Positions 10,078 through 21,331 are shown, numbered from the stretch's first letter. The stretch: 45,259 nt of DNA from an uncultured Clostridium sp. (GCA_964475905.1 CAYYXX010000003.1:1-45259); one strand, 5' to 3'. A program made the numbers and translations. Notes: a model not told the origin generated them from the sequence alone.

Positions 10078-11164
10078 TCAAAAAATCCTTTAATTTCCTA
10101 CTTCTAGAAGGATGTCTAAGCTTTCTAAGAGCCTTAGCCTCAATCTGTCTAATTCTCTCCCTAGTAACACCAAACATTTGCCCAACCTCTTCAAGTGTTT
10201 TAGAAGAACCATCATCAAGCCCAAACCTAAGTCTAAGAACCTGCTCTTCCCTTTCAGTCAAAGTAAGTAAAACATCACTAATTTCTTCCTTAAGCATCTC
10301 ATGAATAGTAAAATCCTCAGGAGACATATTACTCTCATCAGGAACAAAATCCCCCAAATGAGAATCCTCTTCCTCCCCAATAGGAGTCTCTAAAGATACC
10401 GGATCCTGAGCAATCTTAATAACCTCTCTAATCTTATCAGGAGTCATTCCCATCTTAACAGCAAGTTCTTCATCCGTAGGTTCCCTATTAAGTTCCAAAG
10501 TAAGTTGTCTTTGAAATCTAGATAACTTATTAATTGTCTCAACCATATGCACAGGCACCCTAATAGTCCTAGCCTGATCTGCTATTGCCCTAGTAATAGC
10601 TTGTCTAATCCACCAAGTAGCATAAGTAGAAAACTTATATCCCTTATTAGCATCAAACTTTTCAACAGCTTTCATAAGTCCAATATTACCCTCTTGAATT
10701 AAATCAAGAAATAACATCCCTCTACCAACATATCTTTTAGCAATAGAAACAACAAGCCTTAAATTAGATTCAGCAAGTCTATTCTTAGCCTCCTCATCAC
10801 CACTAGCAATTCTTTCAGATAATTCTGTTTCCTCATCAAGAGATAAAAGACTAATTTTACCAATTTCTTTCAAATACATACGAACAGGATCATTAATAGT
10901 AAGTTCTTTAGCAATATTATTATCTTTTAATATTTCCTCTAAATCACCACCATCATCCTCACTATCCTCATCCAAATCAGCTTCCGATACAACACTAATA
11001 TCATTTTCCATAAGAGCATTATAAAGATCATCAAGTAAATCACTACCAATCTCTAATCCCTTTAACTCTTCTGCTAATTCCTCATAAGTAATAAAACCAA
11101 GTTCTTTACCTTTCTTAATAAGATTATTCTTTCTTTGTTCAAAATCTTTAATTTCTGATACCAT
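10070..11164 (-). CDS. rpoD: RNA polymerase primary sigma factor
   Basis: [72 protein letters not shown]. Confidence 0.98.
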   Translation of the reverse strand: MVSEIKDFEQRKNNLIKKGKELGFITYEELAEELKGLEIGSDLLDDLYNALMENDISVVSEADLDEDSEDDGGDLEEILKDNNIAKELTINDPVRMYLKEIGKISLLSLDEETELSERIASGDEEAKNRLAESNLRLVVSIAKRYVGRGMLFLDLIQEGNIGLMKAVEKFDANKGYKFSTYATWWIRQAITRAIADQARTIRVPVHMVETINKLSRFQRQLTLELNREPTDEELAVKMGMTPDKIREVIKIAQDPVSLETPIGEEEDSHLGDFVPDESNMSPEDFTIHEMLKEEISDVLLTLTEREEQVLRLRFGLDDGSSKTLEEVGQMFGVTRERIRQIEAKALRKLRHPSRSRKLKDFLNE

Positions 11165-12899
11165 TTCTACTACCTCCCCTTATCTCCATAATCTCCATTG
11201 ATATCTTTGCCTGTTTCAAAGGATCTTTCTCTTCTTTCAATCTTTTGTTCAAATTTCTCACTCTCTCCTCTTTATGATACTCATTTATAACAAAAATATA
11301 ATCCTCAATCTCTTTTTCTAAAAAGTCCTCTTTAATATTCATAGCAATAATATCTTGGAGGGTTTTAAGTATCCCTTCTCGATCAGATATATAACTAATA
11401 AAATCAGCAATATTTATTATACCATATTTATGAAAATAGTAAATAATTTCATTAGATAATTCCCTAATATTATCATCAGGAAAATACCCAACCCTATTCT
11501 CAACCATATTAAGTACCCTCTTATCAATCAACATATAATAAATAAGATACTTCTGAGCCATATCATACTTATTATATTTAACTTTAGGCTTAATATCCAA
11601 TACTCTTTCACTCTTATTAGTAGTCCTATATTCATTCCTAATACTTAGATATTCATTCTTAATAGCCTGATATTCAATATTAACACTATCAGATAACTTC
11701 TTCAAATAAATCTCTACTACAATATCATCTTTCTCTTTACTAAGCTCCTTAAGAAAACTATTAACATAAGAAGAAACATCATAAGAACTACTAAAATCCT
11801 TATTCTTCTTCAATAACTCCATCTTATAATCAATAATAGAAGTAGCATTATTAATCTGAAATAAAAAAGCCTCTTTCCCCTCTTTAACAATATATTCATC
11901 AGGATCCATCTTATTAGGAAGCCGAACAACCTTAATACTAATACCAGTATCCTCTAAAACCTCAATAGCCCTACTAGTAGCTTTCTCCCCAGCCTCATCA
12001 CCATCAAAACACAAAATAACACTATTAGTCATATTCCTAATAATATTTCTATGTTCCTTAGTAAGAGCAGTTCCCATTGTAGCCACAACATTATTAATAC
12101 CAATAGTACTAGCCCTAATAACATCCATTTGTCCTTCCATTATTATAACAAAATCATTCTTCTTAAGCCTCTCTTTAGCAATATGATAATTATATAATAT
12201 CATACTCTTCTTAAACTTATTAGTCTCCTTAGTATTAACATACTTAGAATCATTCTTAGTATTATAAATTCTCCCAGAAAAAGCCACAGTTCTACCATTC
12301 AAATCATAAATAGGAAACATTATCCTATTAATAAAAATATCATTACCATTATCATTAGTAATCCCAACCTCAACAAGCTTATCAATACTATACTTCTTAT
12401 TAACCAAATAATCAGTAAGAGATACCCTCTGTATAGATAATCCAATACCAAATTTCTTAATAGTATCCTTATCAATATTCCTCTCTTCTAAATAGCCAAT
12501 AGCATTCTTACCTAAACTAGTAAATAAACTATTCTGATAAAACTTATTAGAAATATCATATATATCAAAATACTCATCCCTAACATGATCATTAGAAATA
12601 ACATCATTCCCAATCTTAATTCCAACCTTATCACCAAGTAACCGAACCGCTTCAGCAAAAGAAACCCTTTCTTTTTCTTTGACAAAACTAAAAACATTCC
12701 CCGTTGCACCACAAGCAAAACAAGTATATATCTGCTTACTAGGACTAACTACCATACTAGGATGATTATCATTATGAAAAGGACAAATACCCACATAATT
12801 ATTACCCTTTTTTGTAAGATTAACATATTTAGATATAACATCAACAATATCAGTTTTATCCCTAATCTCATTAATCAATTCATTACTGATATATGCCAT
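11148..12899 (-). CDS. dnaG: DNA primase
   Basis: CPFH..CFAC zinc finger, [34 protein letters not shown]. Confidence 0.97.
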   Translation of the reverse strand: MAYISNELINEIRDKTDIVDVISKYVNLTKKGNNYVGICPFHNDNHPSMVVSPSKQIYTCFACGATGNVFSFVKEKERVSFAEAVRLLGDKVGIKIGNDVISNDHVRDEYFDIYDISNKFYQNSLFTSLGKNAIGYLEERNIDKDTIKKFGIGLSIQRVSLTDYLVNKKYSIDKLVEVGITNDNGNDIFINRIMFPIYDLNGRTVAFSGRIYNTKNDSKYVNTKETNKFKKSMILYNYHIAKERLKKNDFVIIMEGQMDVIRASTIGINNVVATMGTALTKEHRNIIRNMTNSVILCFDGDEAGEKATSRAIEVLEDTGISIKVVRLPNKMDPDEYIVKEGKEAFLFQINNATSIIDYKMELLKKNKDFSSSYDVSSYVNSFLKELSKEKDDIVVEIYLKKLSDSVNIEYQAIKNEYLSIRNEYRTTNKSERVLDIKPKVKYNKYDMAQKYLIYYMLIDKRVLNMVENRVGYFPDDNIRELSNEIIYYFHKYGIINIADFISYISDREGILKTLQDIIAMNIKEDFLEKEIEDYIFVINEYHKEERVRNLNKRLKEEKDPLKQAKISMEIMEIRGGSRNGIRN

Positions 12900-12982
12900 A
12901 TAATACCACTTCCTTACAAAAAGCCAATATAATTATATAACAAAACTCCATCTTTGTAAAGATTTTTTAAATAAAACACAAA

Positions 12983-13972
12983 CTATCTAGCAAAACCATA
13001 AACTTTCCCATTCTCTAAAGAAATCCCCTTATAATAAAACAAATCACTAACCGTTACAAAAGTATACCCCATATCTTTCAAAGCAGGAATAATAATCTCT
13101 AAAGCATTAGAAGTCGCACTATAAATATCGTGCATAAGTATAATATCCCCATCTCTTACTTTATTAACAACCCTATTACTAATTCTCTTAGAATTATGAT
13201 ACTTCCAATCCAAAGTATCAATATCCCATATTATAATAGGACAATTAGCAATCCTCTTAATCCTATTATTAAAAGAACCATAACTAGGTCTAAGTAACTT
13301 AGGATACCTCAAAGTAACATCAAAAATAAGATTCCTAGTATCATCAATCTCCCTCCTAATAACACTATCATCATATTTAGTAAGAAGAAGATGATTAAAA
13401 GTATGATTACCAATCTCATTACCACCATTAACCATCCTCTTAAGAATATACTCATTTTTCTCTATCCTACTCCCAAGAACAAAAAAAGTCCCTACAGCAT
13501 CATACTTCTCCAATATATCAAGCACCCTATTAGTATTATAATTAGGACCATCATCAAAAGTAAGAGCAACAAGCTTATCACCATTAGACCTACTCTTATT
13601 AATAACAAAATCATAATCAAAATAAGGATCATCCACCCTATTTACCACACCATTTTTAATATCAACCAAAAAACTATCAACACCCCTATCAAGTAAATTA
13701 CCATCAAAAGCATACCTATAAAAAGATAAATAATAACTCCCATCAACATCAACATAATCATAATCAATCAAAACATTATCCCCACTAATAATATAATCAT
13801 TCAAATAATCATTAATATATCTATCAACATAATCATTATCAAAAAAAGGATAAATAATCTCCTTATTATCATCAAACACCTCAACATTAGTAATATCCCT
13901 ATTATCATACTCAATTACCAAAACAATAAAACAAACAATAATAGCAGGTAAAATAAAATATCTATATTTCAT
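12983..13972 (-). CDS. Membrane-anchored polysaccharide/peptidoglycan deacetylase (CE4, NodB domain)
   Basis: LTFDDGP, GNHTFNH, RPSYG, WDIDTLDW, ILMHD; start reassigned to ATG 13972 after AGGTG RBS. Confidence 0.9.
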   Translation of the reverse strand: MKYRYFILPAIIVCFIVLVIEYDNRDITNVEVFDDNKEIIYPFFDNDYVDRYINDYLNDYIISGDNVLIDYDYVDVDGSYYLSFYRYAFDGNLLDRGVDSFLVDIKNGVVNRVDDPYFDYDFVINKSRSNGDKLVALTFDDGPNYNTNRVLDILEKYDAVGTFFVLGSRIEKNEYILKRMVNGGNEIGNHTFNHLLLTKYDDSVIRREIDDTRNLIFDVTLRYPKLLRPSYGSFNNRIKRIANCPIIIWDIDTLDWKYHNSKRISNRVVNKVRDGDIILMHDIYSATSNALEIIIPALKDMGYTFVTVSDLFYYKGISLENGKVYGFAR

Positions 13973-14012
13973 AAAATCACCTAAAATATAATATGAAAAA
14001 AGACTAAAAATA

Positions 14013-14588
14013 TTAGTCTCTAATATCAATACCATCAAATTTAACATCAATAAACTTCTTACTAGATAAATAATCACATAAATGAACAAACCTCTGATAC
14101 TTATCCTTAGGAACAGGAAGAACACAATTACCATTATAATCCTTATTCCAAATACCCATATGTGAAGAAATAACCCTAATAAGTAAATCAAACTCATCAT
14201 CATTAAGAGATAACTCACTTCTATACCTCTTAATCAAATCACACACAATCAAAGGATGATCAACCCTAGTATACATCTCCTTTTCAATTCCACACTTACA
14301 ACCATCATGCAAAATAATAGCCATAATAATAATATCTTTCTCACTATCATTAAAATTATTAAGACCACTATTATCAAGCAGTTCCTTAGCAATCCTAGTA
14401 GCAACCTTAGTATGCTTAACAAGTCCAGAACTACTAGAAGCAAACAAAGGATGATACTTACCAGTACTAGAAGCAGGAATCTCAAAAAAATACAAAGGAA
14501 GTTTATCAACCAAAAACTTTATATCCTTTCTCTTCTTATCATCCTTAATATAAGAATATTCCTTATCAAAATAACTCACCTTATCCAT
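14013..14588 (-). CDS. HD-domain phosphohydrolase
   Basis: PASSTGKYHP..GLVKHT, ILHD, HP, SHMG, VHLCDY. Confidence 0.8.
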   Translation of the reverse strand: MDKVSYFDKEYSYIKDDKKRKDIKFLVDKLPLYFFEIPASSTGKYHPLFASSSSGLVKHTKVATRIAKELLDNSGLNNFNDSEKDIIIMAIILHDGCKCGIEKEMYTRVDHPLIVCDLIKRYRSELSLNDDEFDLLIRVISSHMGIWNKDYNGNCVLPVPKDKYQRFVHLCDYLSSKKFIDVKFDGIDIRD

Positions 14589-14593
14589 AAACA

Positions 14594-15394
14594 TCACTTC
14601 CTAACCTTAACAATAGTAGTAGCATAAGGTATTACTATCTTCTCTCTATCAAAAGTATCCTTAACTATCCTAAGAAACTCTCTTTTAACAGTAAACCTAC
14701 CACGAGCATCACAACTAATATCAACCAAATACCCAATAGAAAACTCCCCAAATTCATCAATACCCAAAAGCTTATATTCCACTACATATTCAATTTCCAT
14801 AACCCTATCCCTAATTTTCTCCAAAACACATTCCAATCTATCAATATCCATATCATAAGATACATTAATCTTAATAAACAAATCACAACCAGATAAATTA
14901 TAATTAATAACCTCACTAAAAGAAGAATTAGAAATAGACTTAACTTCTCCCGAAGCACTCTTAATTTTAGTCGTCCTAAGCCCAAGCTCAATTACCGTAC
15001 CAGTAAAATCATTAATAGTAACCAAATCTCCTACAGCAAATTTATTATCAAATATAATAGAAACACCCGCTAATAAATCCCGAACAAGATCCTGAAAAGC
15101 AAGACCAATAACCGCCGCAAAAACTCCTAAAGAAGCAATAATACTAGTAGTATCAACTCCATATAACTTAAGAATACCAAGAAAAACAAATATAAGAATT
15201 AAATACTTAAAAATATTCCTAAATAAATTAATAACAGTATCTCTTCTCTTATCCTTACCACGAATATGCTTATGCTTAATCATCATCCTATTAAACAAAC
15301 TATTAACAATTAAATTAATAACAAGACCAATAGCAATATATACTAAAGGCAAATAAAACTTATAATTAGTAACAAAACTAACAAACTTATCCAT
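14594..15394 (-). CDS. Small-conductance mechanosensitive channel (MscS family)
   Basis: Three TM helices, GLAFQDLVRDLLAG, F.VGD.V, GTV.ELGLRTT. Confidence 0.92.
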   Translation of the reverse strand: MDKFVSFVTNYKFYLPLVYIAIGLVINLIVNSLFNRMMIKHKHIRGKDKRRDTVINLFRNIFKYLILIFVFLGILKLYGVDTTSIIASLGVFAAVIGLAFQDLVRDLLAGVSIIFDNKFAVGDLVTINDFTGTVIELGLRTTKIKSASGEVKSISNSSFSEVINYNLSGCDLFIKINVSYDMDIDRLECVLEKIRDRVMEIEYVVEYKLLGIDEFGEFSIGYLVDISCDARGRFTVKREFLRIVKDTFDREKIVIPYATTIVKVRK

Positions 15395-15422
15395 AACACA
15401 CCTCACCTACCAATATACATAA

Positions 15423-16508
15423 TTATACCACACTATCAAAAATCTTTAACATAATTTCATTAGAAATATAAATATATTCCCTATTAATTTTAAGATAACC
15501 ATTATCCAATATTAAATAATTATCCATAACCAAATCCTCTATATCATAAACTTCAATTAACTCCTTACCAAACTTACTCTTAAAAGTATTAAGATTAATC
15601 CCCTCTAATTTTCTAAGTCCCAGCATAATCTCATTCTCCATACAAATATTCCTATCCTCATACTGCCTACTATCCTCATAAATACCATCTAAATACTTAC
15701 GCAAATTCTTAGTATTAACAATCCTCTCATTCGCAATATAACTAGTACTAGATAAACCAAAACCATAATACTCACAATTATTCCAATACACCAAATTATG
15801 CTTAGACATATAACCATCTTTAGCATAATTACTAATCTCATAATGAATATAACCATTATCTTCAAGAGTAGACTCTATATATTTATACATTTGATAATCC
15901 AAATCCTCATCAATATTAAGAGTACCATTTATCTTCAATATCGTATTATCCTCAATCATCAAACTATAAGTAGATATATGCTTAACATCAAGAGACAGCA
16001 AATAATCAATATCCCTCTTAAGAATATCAATATCATCATAAGCAGCATATATCAAATCAATATTAATATTATCAAAATACTTATAAACAAGCTTAACCTT
16101 ATCAAAAACCTCATCCCTAGTATGAGATCTACCAAGTAACCTAATAACATCACTATCAAAAGACTGAACACCAATACTAACCCTATTAACCCCATAATTT
16201 TTCATTATTTTAAGCTTATTATCACTAATAGACTCAATATTACATTCAAAAGTAAACTCATATTCACTACTCAAATTAAACATACCAATAATACCAAAAA
16301 GAACCTCCAACTCATCATCAGATAAACAACTAGGAGTCCCCCCACCAATATAAATAGTAGAAACCAACTCTCCCCTATATCTATTCTCAATCTCCAACTT
16401 CAAATTCATAAGATAACTATCAATATATTTCTTATCATAAATAATCTTACAAAAATCACAATAAGTACAAATACACCTACAAAAAGGAATATGAATATAA
16501 ATAGACAT
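15423..16508 (-). CDS. hemW: Radical SAM heme chaperone HemW (HemN-like)
   Basis: YIHIPFCRCICTYCDF, YIGGGTPS, NRVSIGVQSF, HYEISNY, HNLVYW; start ATG 16508. Confidence 0.92.
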   Translation of the reverse strand: MSIYIHIPFCRCICTYCDFCKIIYDKKYIDSYLMNLKLEIENRYRGELVSTIYIGGGTPSCLSDDELEVLFGIIGMFNLSSEYEFTFECNIESISDNKLKIMKNYGVNRVSIGVQSFDSDVIRLLGRSHTRDEVFDKVKLVYKYFDNINIDLIYAAYDDIDILKRDIDYLLSLDVKHISTYSLMIEDNTILKINGTLNIDEDLDYQMYKYIESTLEDNGYIHYEISNYAKDGYMSKHNLVYWNNCEYYGFGLSSTSYIANERIVNTKNLRKYLDGIYEDSRQYEDRNICMENEIMLGLRKLEGINLNTFKSKFGKELIEVYDIEDLVMDNYLILDNGYLKINREYIYISNEIMLKIFDSVV

Positions 16509-16554
16509 CAATACCACCATTCTTAGAATAACACAATAAAAAAAATTTTTCAAT

Positions 16555-16583
16555 GTATAAAAATAAAATAAATAAACATAATA
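16555..16583 (+). promoter_or_regulatory. Sigma-G (forespore) promoter of sspI
   Basis: GTATA-N17-CATAATA matches the Bacillus sigma-G consensus. Confidence 0.7.
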
Positions 16584-16597
16584 TAAATGGTGAAAAT

Positions 16598-16804
16598 ATG
16601 AATAATATAGATATAAGAAAATACATAATAGCAAACTTCAAAGATAATACCGAAGAAGAAATAAAATCCGCAATCGAAGACTCCATATCCTCACATGAAG
16701 AAGATCCCCTAATAGGATTAGGAGTCCTATTCGAACTCCAATGGAACATGAGCAATATAGAAGAAAAAAATAAAATAGTAACAAATATCAAAAAAGGTAT
16801 GTAA
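16598..16804 (+). CDS. sspI: Small acid-soluble spore protein SspI
   Basis: IDIRKYIIANF...IEDSISSHEEDPLIGLGVLFELQW resembles SspI (LPGLGVLFE.IW); 68 aa from ATG 16598. Confidence 0.88.
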   Translation: MNNIDIRKYIIANFKDNTEEEIKSAIEDSISSHEEDPLIGLGVLFELQWNMSNIEEKNKIVTNIKKGM

Positions 16805-16812
16805 CCCAAATA

Positions 16813-17763
16813 TTACATATCTTTTTTTACTATAAAAAGTTCAAGAAGAGCCCTACCATCAGCATTCCCCATTTTAATAGCCTTATCAATATCCGAAAGA
16901 GAAGCCAAATAACCAATCAAATCACTCTCACTATACAAATAAGCATCACTAAGTAAATACTTAACCCTATAAACACTCTTAAACTCCAATATCTTAGCAA
17001 TATCCTCATTAGATTTACCACTATTATAAAGCCTCTTAACCTGAAACAACAACCTAATCTGATTAGCAATAACCGCTACTATCTGACTAATATCCATACC
17101 ATTATCAACAAAATTATAATAAAGTTTCATTGCCCTATTACTATCATTCTTAAGTATAGCATTAACAAGAGAAAACACCGTATCATTAATATTCTCATCA
17201 ACAAGTAAAGAAATACTATCCCTCGTAATAACCCTACTTTCAAAATTATATAACATAAGCTTATCAAGCTCATTAACAATATTATCAATATTATTACCAC
17301 ATCTATTCAAAAAATAACCAACATCAATAGAACTAATCATATACTCCCTATCAGAAACATAATTCTTAGTAAAATCACTCAAATACTCATTAGTAATTTC
17401 CATCTTCTTAATAATACCCTTATTCTTAATCAATTTAACAAGCTTACTCCTACTATCAATAGAAGAACCATTATATACAAAAATCAAATAACTATTACTA
17501 TTATAACTATCAAAATAATTCTCAAGTTCTAAAATATCCATACCCTTTTTAGAAGAAAAATAATAATCACAATCAATAACAATAAATTTATAAAGATCAA
17601 ACATCCCAATAGTAGAACACTCAACCACAATATCAGATACACTCTCAATACCAAAATAAATAGTCTGCGACTCAATATTCAAAGACCTCTTAAGACTATT
17701 AATCTCATTATTAATAAGAGCCTTATCATCACCATATAACAAATAAAAATTACTCTTTTTCAT
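16813..17763 (-). CDS. holA: DNA polymerase III delta subunit
   Basis: YLLYGDD, IDSRSKL, NELDKL..Y, VFSLV.AI, QIRLL.QVK, YRVK, D.AIK.G. Confidence 0.9.
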   Translation of the reverse strand: MKKSNFYLLYGDDKALINNEINSLKRSLNIESQTIYFGIESVSDIVVECSTIGMFDLYKFIVIDCDYYFSSKKGMDILELENYFDSYNSNSYLIFVYNGSSIDSRSKLVKLIKNKGIIKKMEITNEYLSDFTKNYVSDREYMISSIDVGYFLNRCGNNIDNIVNELDKLMLYNFESRVITRDSISLLVDENINDTVFSLVNAILKNDSNRAMKLYYNFVDNGMDISQIVAVIANQIRLLFQVKRLYNSGKSNEDIAKILEFKSVYRVKYLLSDAYLYSESDLIGYLASLSDIDKAIKMGNADGRALLELFIVKKDM

Positions 17764-17838
17764 AACATTAACTCCTCATCACTATTAAAATTATATAATA
17801 AAACAAAATCTAAGTAAAGAAAAAACTGCCAAAGCAGT

Positions 17839-18396
17839 CTACTTAAATTTAACCTGATTAGCAGTTATATCAAAACTACCAACAAACAAACTATCAACCT
17901 CATATCCCTGATCAACATTAATATTTTGAAGCCAAATAATAACCATATAATTATTAGTACTATTATTCAATAAATAATCAGAAGAAGCAATCATAACACT
18001 ACCACTCTTAGGTAAAACTCCAGTTCCAATTTTACTATTATTATCATCATAAATAGCATACCTCAAATTTCCCTCTTCAAAATCATTCCTATCAACCTTA
18101 ATAAAAATATCCAAATTTTGATCTAAAGTACCACTACTACGAACAGAAAACCTCTTTTTATAAACACCAAAATTAGAATTAATACTAGGCTCATTACAAG
18201 GAATTAAACCAGTACTATTAATAACATCCCCATCAATATAATTAATAGCCAAAGTACCCGCTACAACCCTTGTACTATCTTCTTTTTCCCTAGAAAGAAA
18301 AGAAAAATAAGTAAATGTTATCCCAACAATCATCACAATCAAAGTAAGTACTAAAACAATCAAATAAAATAAATCATTTCTACTTTTACTATGCAC
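17839..18396 (-). CDS. Secreted protein with SipW-class (TasA/CalY-like) signal peptide
   Basis: Hydrophobic helix ending GITFTYFS, AGTLAINY, C-terminal Y.VIIWL...Q...F.GSF. Confidence 0.7.
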   Translation of the reverse strand: MHSKSRNDLFYLIVLVLTLIVMIVGITFTYFSFLSREKEDSTRVVAGTLAINYIDGDVINSTGLIPCNEPSINSNFGVYKKRFSVRSSGTLDQNLDIFIKVDRNDFEEGNLRYAIYDDNNSKIGTGVLPKSGSVMIASSDYLLNNSTNNYMVIIWLQNINVDQGYEVDSLFVGSFDITANQVKFK

Positions 18397-18467
18397 ATAT
18401 ATCACCTAGTATAATAATAACAAAATTACAAAAAAAAAGCAATAGAAATATTGCTTTTAAATAAATT

Positions 18468-19211
18468 CTAAGCTTCACCAGTAATATTAGTAGATCCCGG
18501 TAAATCAACATGGATAGTACCCTTAAATACTGCACCTTGCTCTGCATTATTAGCATCTTCTGCTTCATCAAGCCATATAAACAAACGATATTTCTTAGAA
18601 GCACCATTACCAGCTAATTCAATAGTAGAATTAATATCATCACTAAGAATACCAAAACCATCAGTATCATAATTCATAGTACCCTCATATACTTGAGTAC
18701 CATTACCATTACCAGACTCACTTGTTCTATCAAATAAAACAAACTTCAAATTAGTAAATCCAATTTCTGCTGGAACAGTAACTTCTTCTACTACTTCTTC
18801 ACCCTTTAATGCAGTAGGCTTAATATAAGCAATCAAACTTACAGTATTATCACCATTATTAGTAAGAGTAAAATCATAATAACCACATGTAGTATAATTC
18901 TTATTATCTTTACAAGCTACATAAGGAATATCATCATTACCATCTTCTCCACCTTTATAAGTTTCTCCCTCTAAAGCTCTAGTCAAAGTCCTCATAGCCA
19001 TACTTTTCTCAGAAGGAATTAAACCATTCATTTCAATTTTATCTCCCTCTTTAAAAACAATCTTAACTGAAGCCGCATTAACAATAACAGCCTCATCAGG
19101 ACTCTTAGCATTAATAGAAAAATACGCAAATGAAGCACCTATAATAGCCACTATCAAAGTAAGTACACCAATAACTCCAAAAAATATTCCTCTCTTATCT
19201 TCTCTTTCCAT
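18468..19211 (-). CDS. Secreted protein with SipW-class (TasA/CalY-like) signal peptide
   Basis: IIGASFAYFS, LIP, CKDNKNYTTCGYYDFTLTN, YRLFIWL.E....EQG.VF.G.I. Confidence 0.75.
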   Translation of the reverse strand: MEREDKRGIFFGVIGVLTLIVAIIGASFAYFSINAKSPDEAVIVNAASVKIVFKEGDKIEMNGLIPSEKSMAMRTLTRALEGETYKGGEDGNDDIPYVACKDNKNYTTCGYYDFTLTNNGDNTVSLIAYIKPTALKGEEVVEEVTVPAEIGFTNLKFVLFDRTSESGNGNGTQVYEGTMNYDTDGFGILSDDINSTIELAGNGASKKYRLFIWLDEAEDANNAEQGAVFKGTIHVDLPGSTNITGEA

Positions 19212-19317
19212 AATAATAATTTCCTCCTCTCTTCTATCATAATAATCATATCAAAAAAATAAAATAAAATCAATAACTTTTAAATAATAAATAAAATTTT
19301 ATACAAATAAAAAAAAA

Positions 19318-19333
19318 TAGAACCTAAGTTCTA
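19318..19333 (-). terminator. Terminator after khpA
   Basis: TAGAAC-N4-GTTCTA followed by a T-run on the minus strand. Confidence 0.5.
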
Positions 19334-19340
19334 CTAAAAA

Positions 19341-19592
19341 TTAATAAGAGTCAACATTAATCTTAACAAGCCTATTATCTTCACCAAAAGAAGCAGCTTG
19401 AACTATAGTTCTAATAGAATTAATAGTCTTACCACCATGTCCAATAATTCTAGGCATATCATCACTAGACACCATAACCTCAATAAGTATAGTATTCTCT
19501 TCGTTTGACTCAAATTCTTTTACTGATACCGAATCAGAATCACTAACCAGATTCCTAATAATAAATTCTGTAAGTTCTACCAAATTATTCAT
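19341..19592 (-). CDS. khpA: KH-domain RNA-binding protein
   Basis: DMPRIIGHGGKTINSIRT GxxG loop; immediately after rpsP. Confidence 0.9.
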   Translation of the reverse strand: MNNLVELTEFIIRNLVSDSDSVSVKEFESNEENTILIEVMVSSDDMPRIIGHGGKTINSIRTIVQAASFGEDNRLVKINVDSY

Positions 19593-19864
19593 TATTTACC
19601 CTGTTTCAAATTATGATATTTTTCCATAATTCCTGCTTTACTAAACAAATTCTTAACAGTATCAGTAGGTATAGCACCATTATTAAGCCACTTAATAGCA
19701 ACTTCTTCATTTAATTTAATTTCCGCAGGTGTTTTAAGAGGATTATAAGTACCAATCAAATCAATAAATCTACCATCTCTTGGACTTCTAGAATCCGCTA
19801 CTACAACACGATAAAAAGGTGCTTTCTTTGCTCCCATTCTCTTAAGTCTAATTTTAACTGCCAT
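19592..19864 (-). CDS. rpsP: 30S ribosomal protein S16
   Basis: [31 protein letters not shown]. Confidence 0.98.
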   Translation of the reverse strand: MAVKIRLKRMGAKKAPFYRVVVADSRSPRDGRFIDLIGTYNPLKTPAEIKLNEEVAIKWLNNGAIPTDTVKNLFSKAGIMEKYHNLKQGK

Positions 19865-19888
19865 TTCATTCCCTCGCTTTCTCTAATA

Positions 19889-19917
19889 ATTCTATCATAA
19901 AATATATATAGTGTCAA
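19889..19917 (-). promoter_or_regulatory. Sigma-A promoter of rpsP-khpA
   Basis: TTGACA-N17-TAGAAT with TG extended -10. Confidence 0.75.
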
Positions 19918-20043
19918 CCATTTTTTGTTACATATATTTTCTATATATTTAGACACAAGTAAACAAAACCTCATAATCATCTAAAAGATCAACAACAAAT
20001 AATATACTACAATATATCATATTAAAATCAATTATAATTAAAA

Positions 20044-20661
20044 CTAAAAATTTGCCTCCAATTTATCAGAATTAGCTCCAATTAACTCAAACCCAATAGC
20101 TCCACTAAATGACTTAGAATAATCATCAGATTGCCCACTATTAGTATCAGTAAGCCAAATAGCAAAATAATAAGTAACATTACCACTACTAGTAATAGAT
20201 ACATTACTAGAATTCTTCTTAAAATAAACAAGAGTATTACTACTATTAGATACAGTCATAACATCAGTAACAGCATTATAACTACTATCAAATATCTGAT
20301 ATCTTAAATTATTAGTAGTATAAGAAGAACTAACCGTTTTAACATAACCATACAAAGTCTCAGAAGAAGAACTATTAGATAACTTAACCGTATATAAAGA
20401 ACAAACATTATAATTATTTTTATCAACACAACTATTTCTAATAGCCGTACCAACCCTACTATCAAGAAGAGGTACCATATTACTAGACTCCTTAACCGTA
20501 GTCAAAGTCAAAGTAGTATTAACACCATTCGCAGTAGCAAAAGTAAAATTAGCAGAACCACTAGCCAAAATATAAGCATAAGTAACACTAGCAGTCAAAG
20601 TAATAATTAAAACTACTACCAATATACAAACAAACAATTTATTAAATCTACCATCTTTCAC
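20044..20661 (-). CDS. Secreted protein with SipW-class (TasA/CalY-like) signal peptide
   Basis: SVTYAY, MVPL, CVDKNNYNVCSLY...L.N, YYFAIWLTD...Q....FSG.I; GTG start uncertain. Confidence 0.7.
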   Translation of the reverse strand: MKDGRFNKLFVCILVVVLIITLTASVTYAYILASGSANFTFATANGVNTTLTLTTVKESSNMVPLLDSRVGTAIRNSCVDKNNYNVCSLYTVKLSNSSSSETLYGYVKTVSSSYTTNNLRYQIFDSSYNAVTDVMTVSNSSNTLVYFKKNSSNVSITSSGNVTYYFAIWLTDTNSGQSDDYSKSFSGAIGFELIGANSDKLEANF

Positions 20662-20662
20662 A

Positions 20663-21331
20663 TTAACCACCTACTTCCAAAACAGCAGAACCATTATTAG
20701 ATCCATCCTTAATACCATCAACATTAGCAGTAATCCCCTTACCAAAAGGTGTTCTAAAAGTAATAGTAGCAGAAAAAAGCTTTCCAGCATCAGTAATATC
20801 CTGTGGCATATTATTATCACTAAGCCATAAAAGTAATACAAACTTCTTAGAAGTACTACCCCCATCACTAGCTTCATCAAGTACAAAATTATTTCCTAAA
20901 GACAACCCACTAGAATTATTAACATCAATATGTGTAATATCCTTATATACATTATTATTATCATCAAAAATCATATAACTTAAATTTTCTATACCATTCA
21001 ATTCAAAATCAATAATCCCCTCAATCTCTGTAGAAAGATCATAATTAAAAACCTCTAAACTATAAGCCAAACAAGCACCATTACCATCATCATCTATACA
21101 TTCTCTCTCATAAGCAATATTAACATCCTGATCCCTAAGTGGAATAATCTTATGACCAGTATATAAAGGAGAAACACCAAGTCCAATTCTAACACTACCA
21201 GCAGTAGCAAGAACAGCATCTTGTTTACTTCTCTGAGAAACCGAAAAATAAGAAAAAGTTACACTAAGTAAAAAAATAAACATACTAATAACAGAAAGAC
21301 CAAGCATAATTTTATTAACTCTATTTCCCAT
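20663..21331 (-). CDS. Secreted protein with SipW-class (TasA/CalY-like) signal peptide
   Basis: LSVTFSYFS, IIPL, CIDDDGNGACLAY, FVLLLWLSD...Q...GK.FSATI. Confidence 0.7.
   Translation of the reverse strand: MGNRVNKIMLGLSVISMFIFLLSVTFSYFSVSQRSKQDAVLATAGSVRIGLGVSPLYTGHKIIPLRDQDVNIAYERECIDDDGNGACLAYSLEVFNYDLSTEIEGIIDFELNGIENLSYMIFDDNNNVYKDITHIDVNNSSGLSLGNNFVLDEASDGGSTSKKFVLLLWLSDNNMPQDITDAGKLFSATITFRTPFGKGITANVDGIKDGSNNGSAVLEVGG

Noticed and set aside
13973-14218. Long upstream extensions in the ORF track (deacetylase from 14218, hemW from 16634, sspI from 16553)
   Set aside because: They overlap neighbouring genes or promoters; downstream ATGs have an RBS and match the family N-termini.
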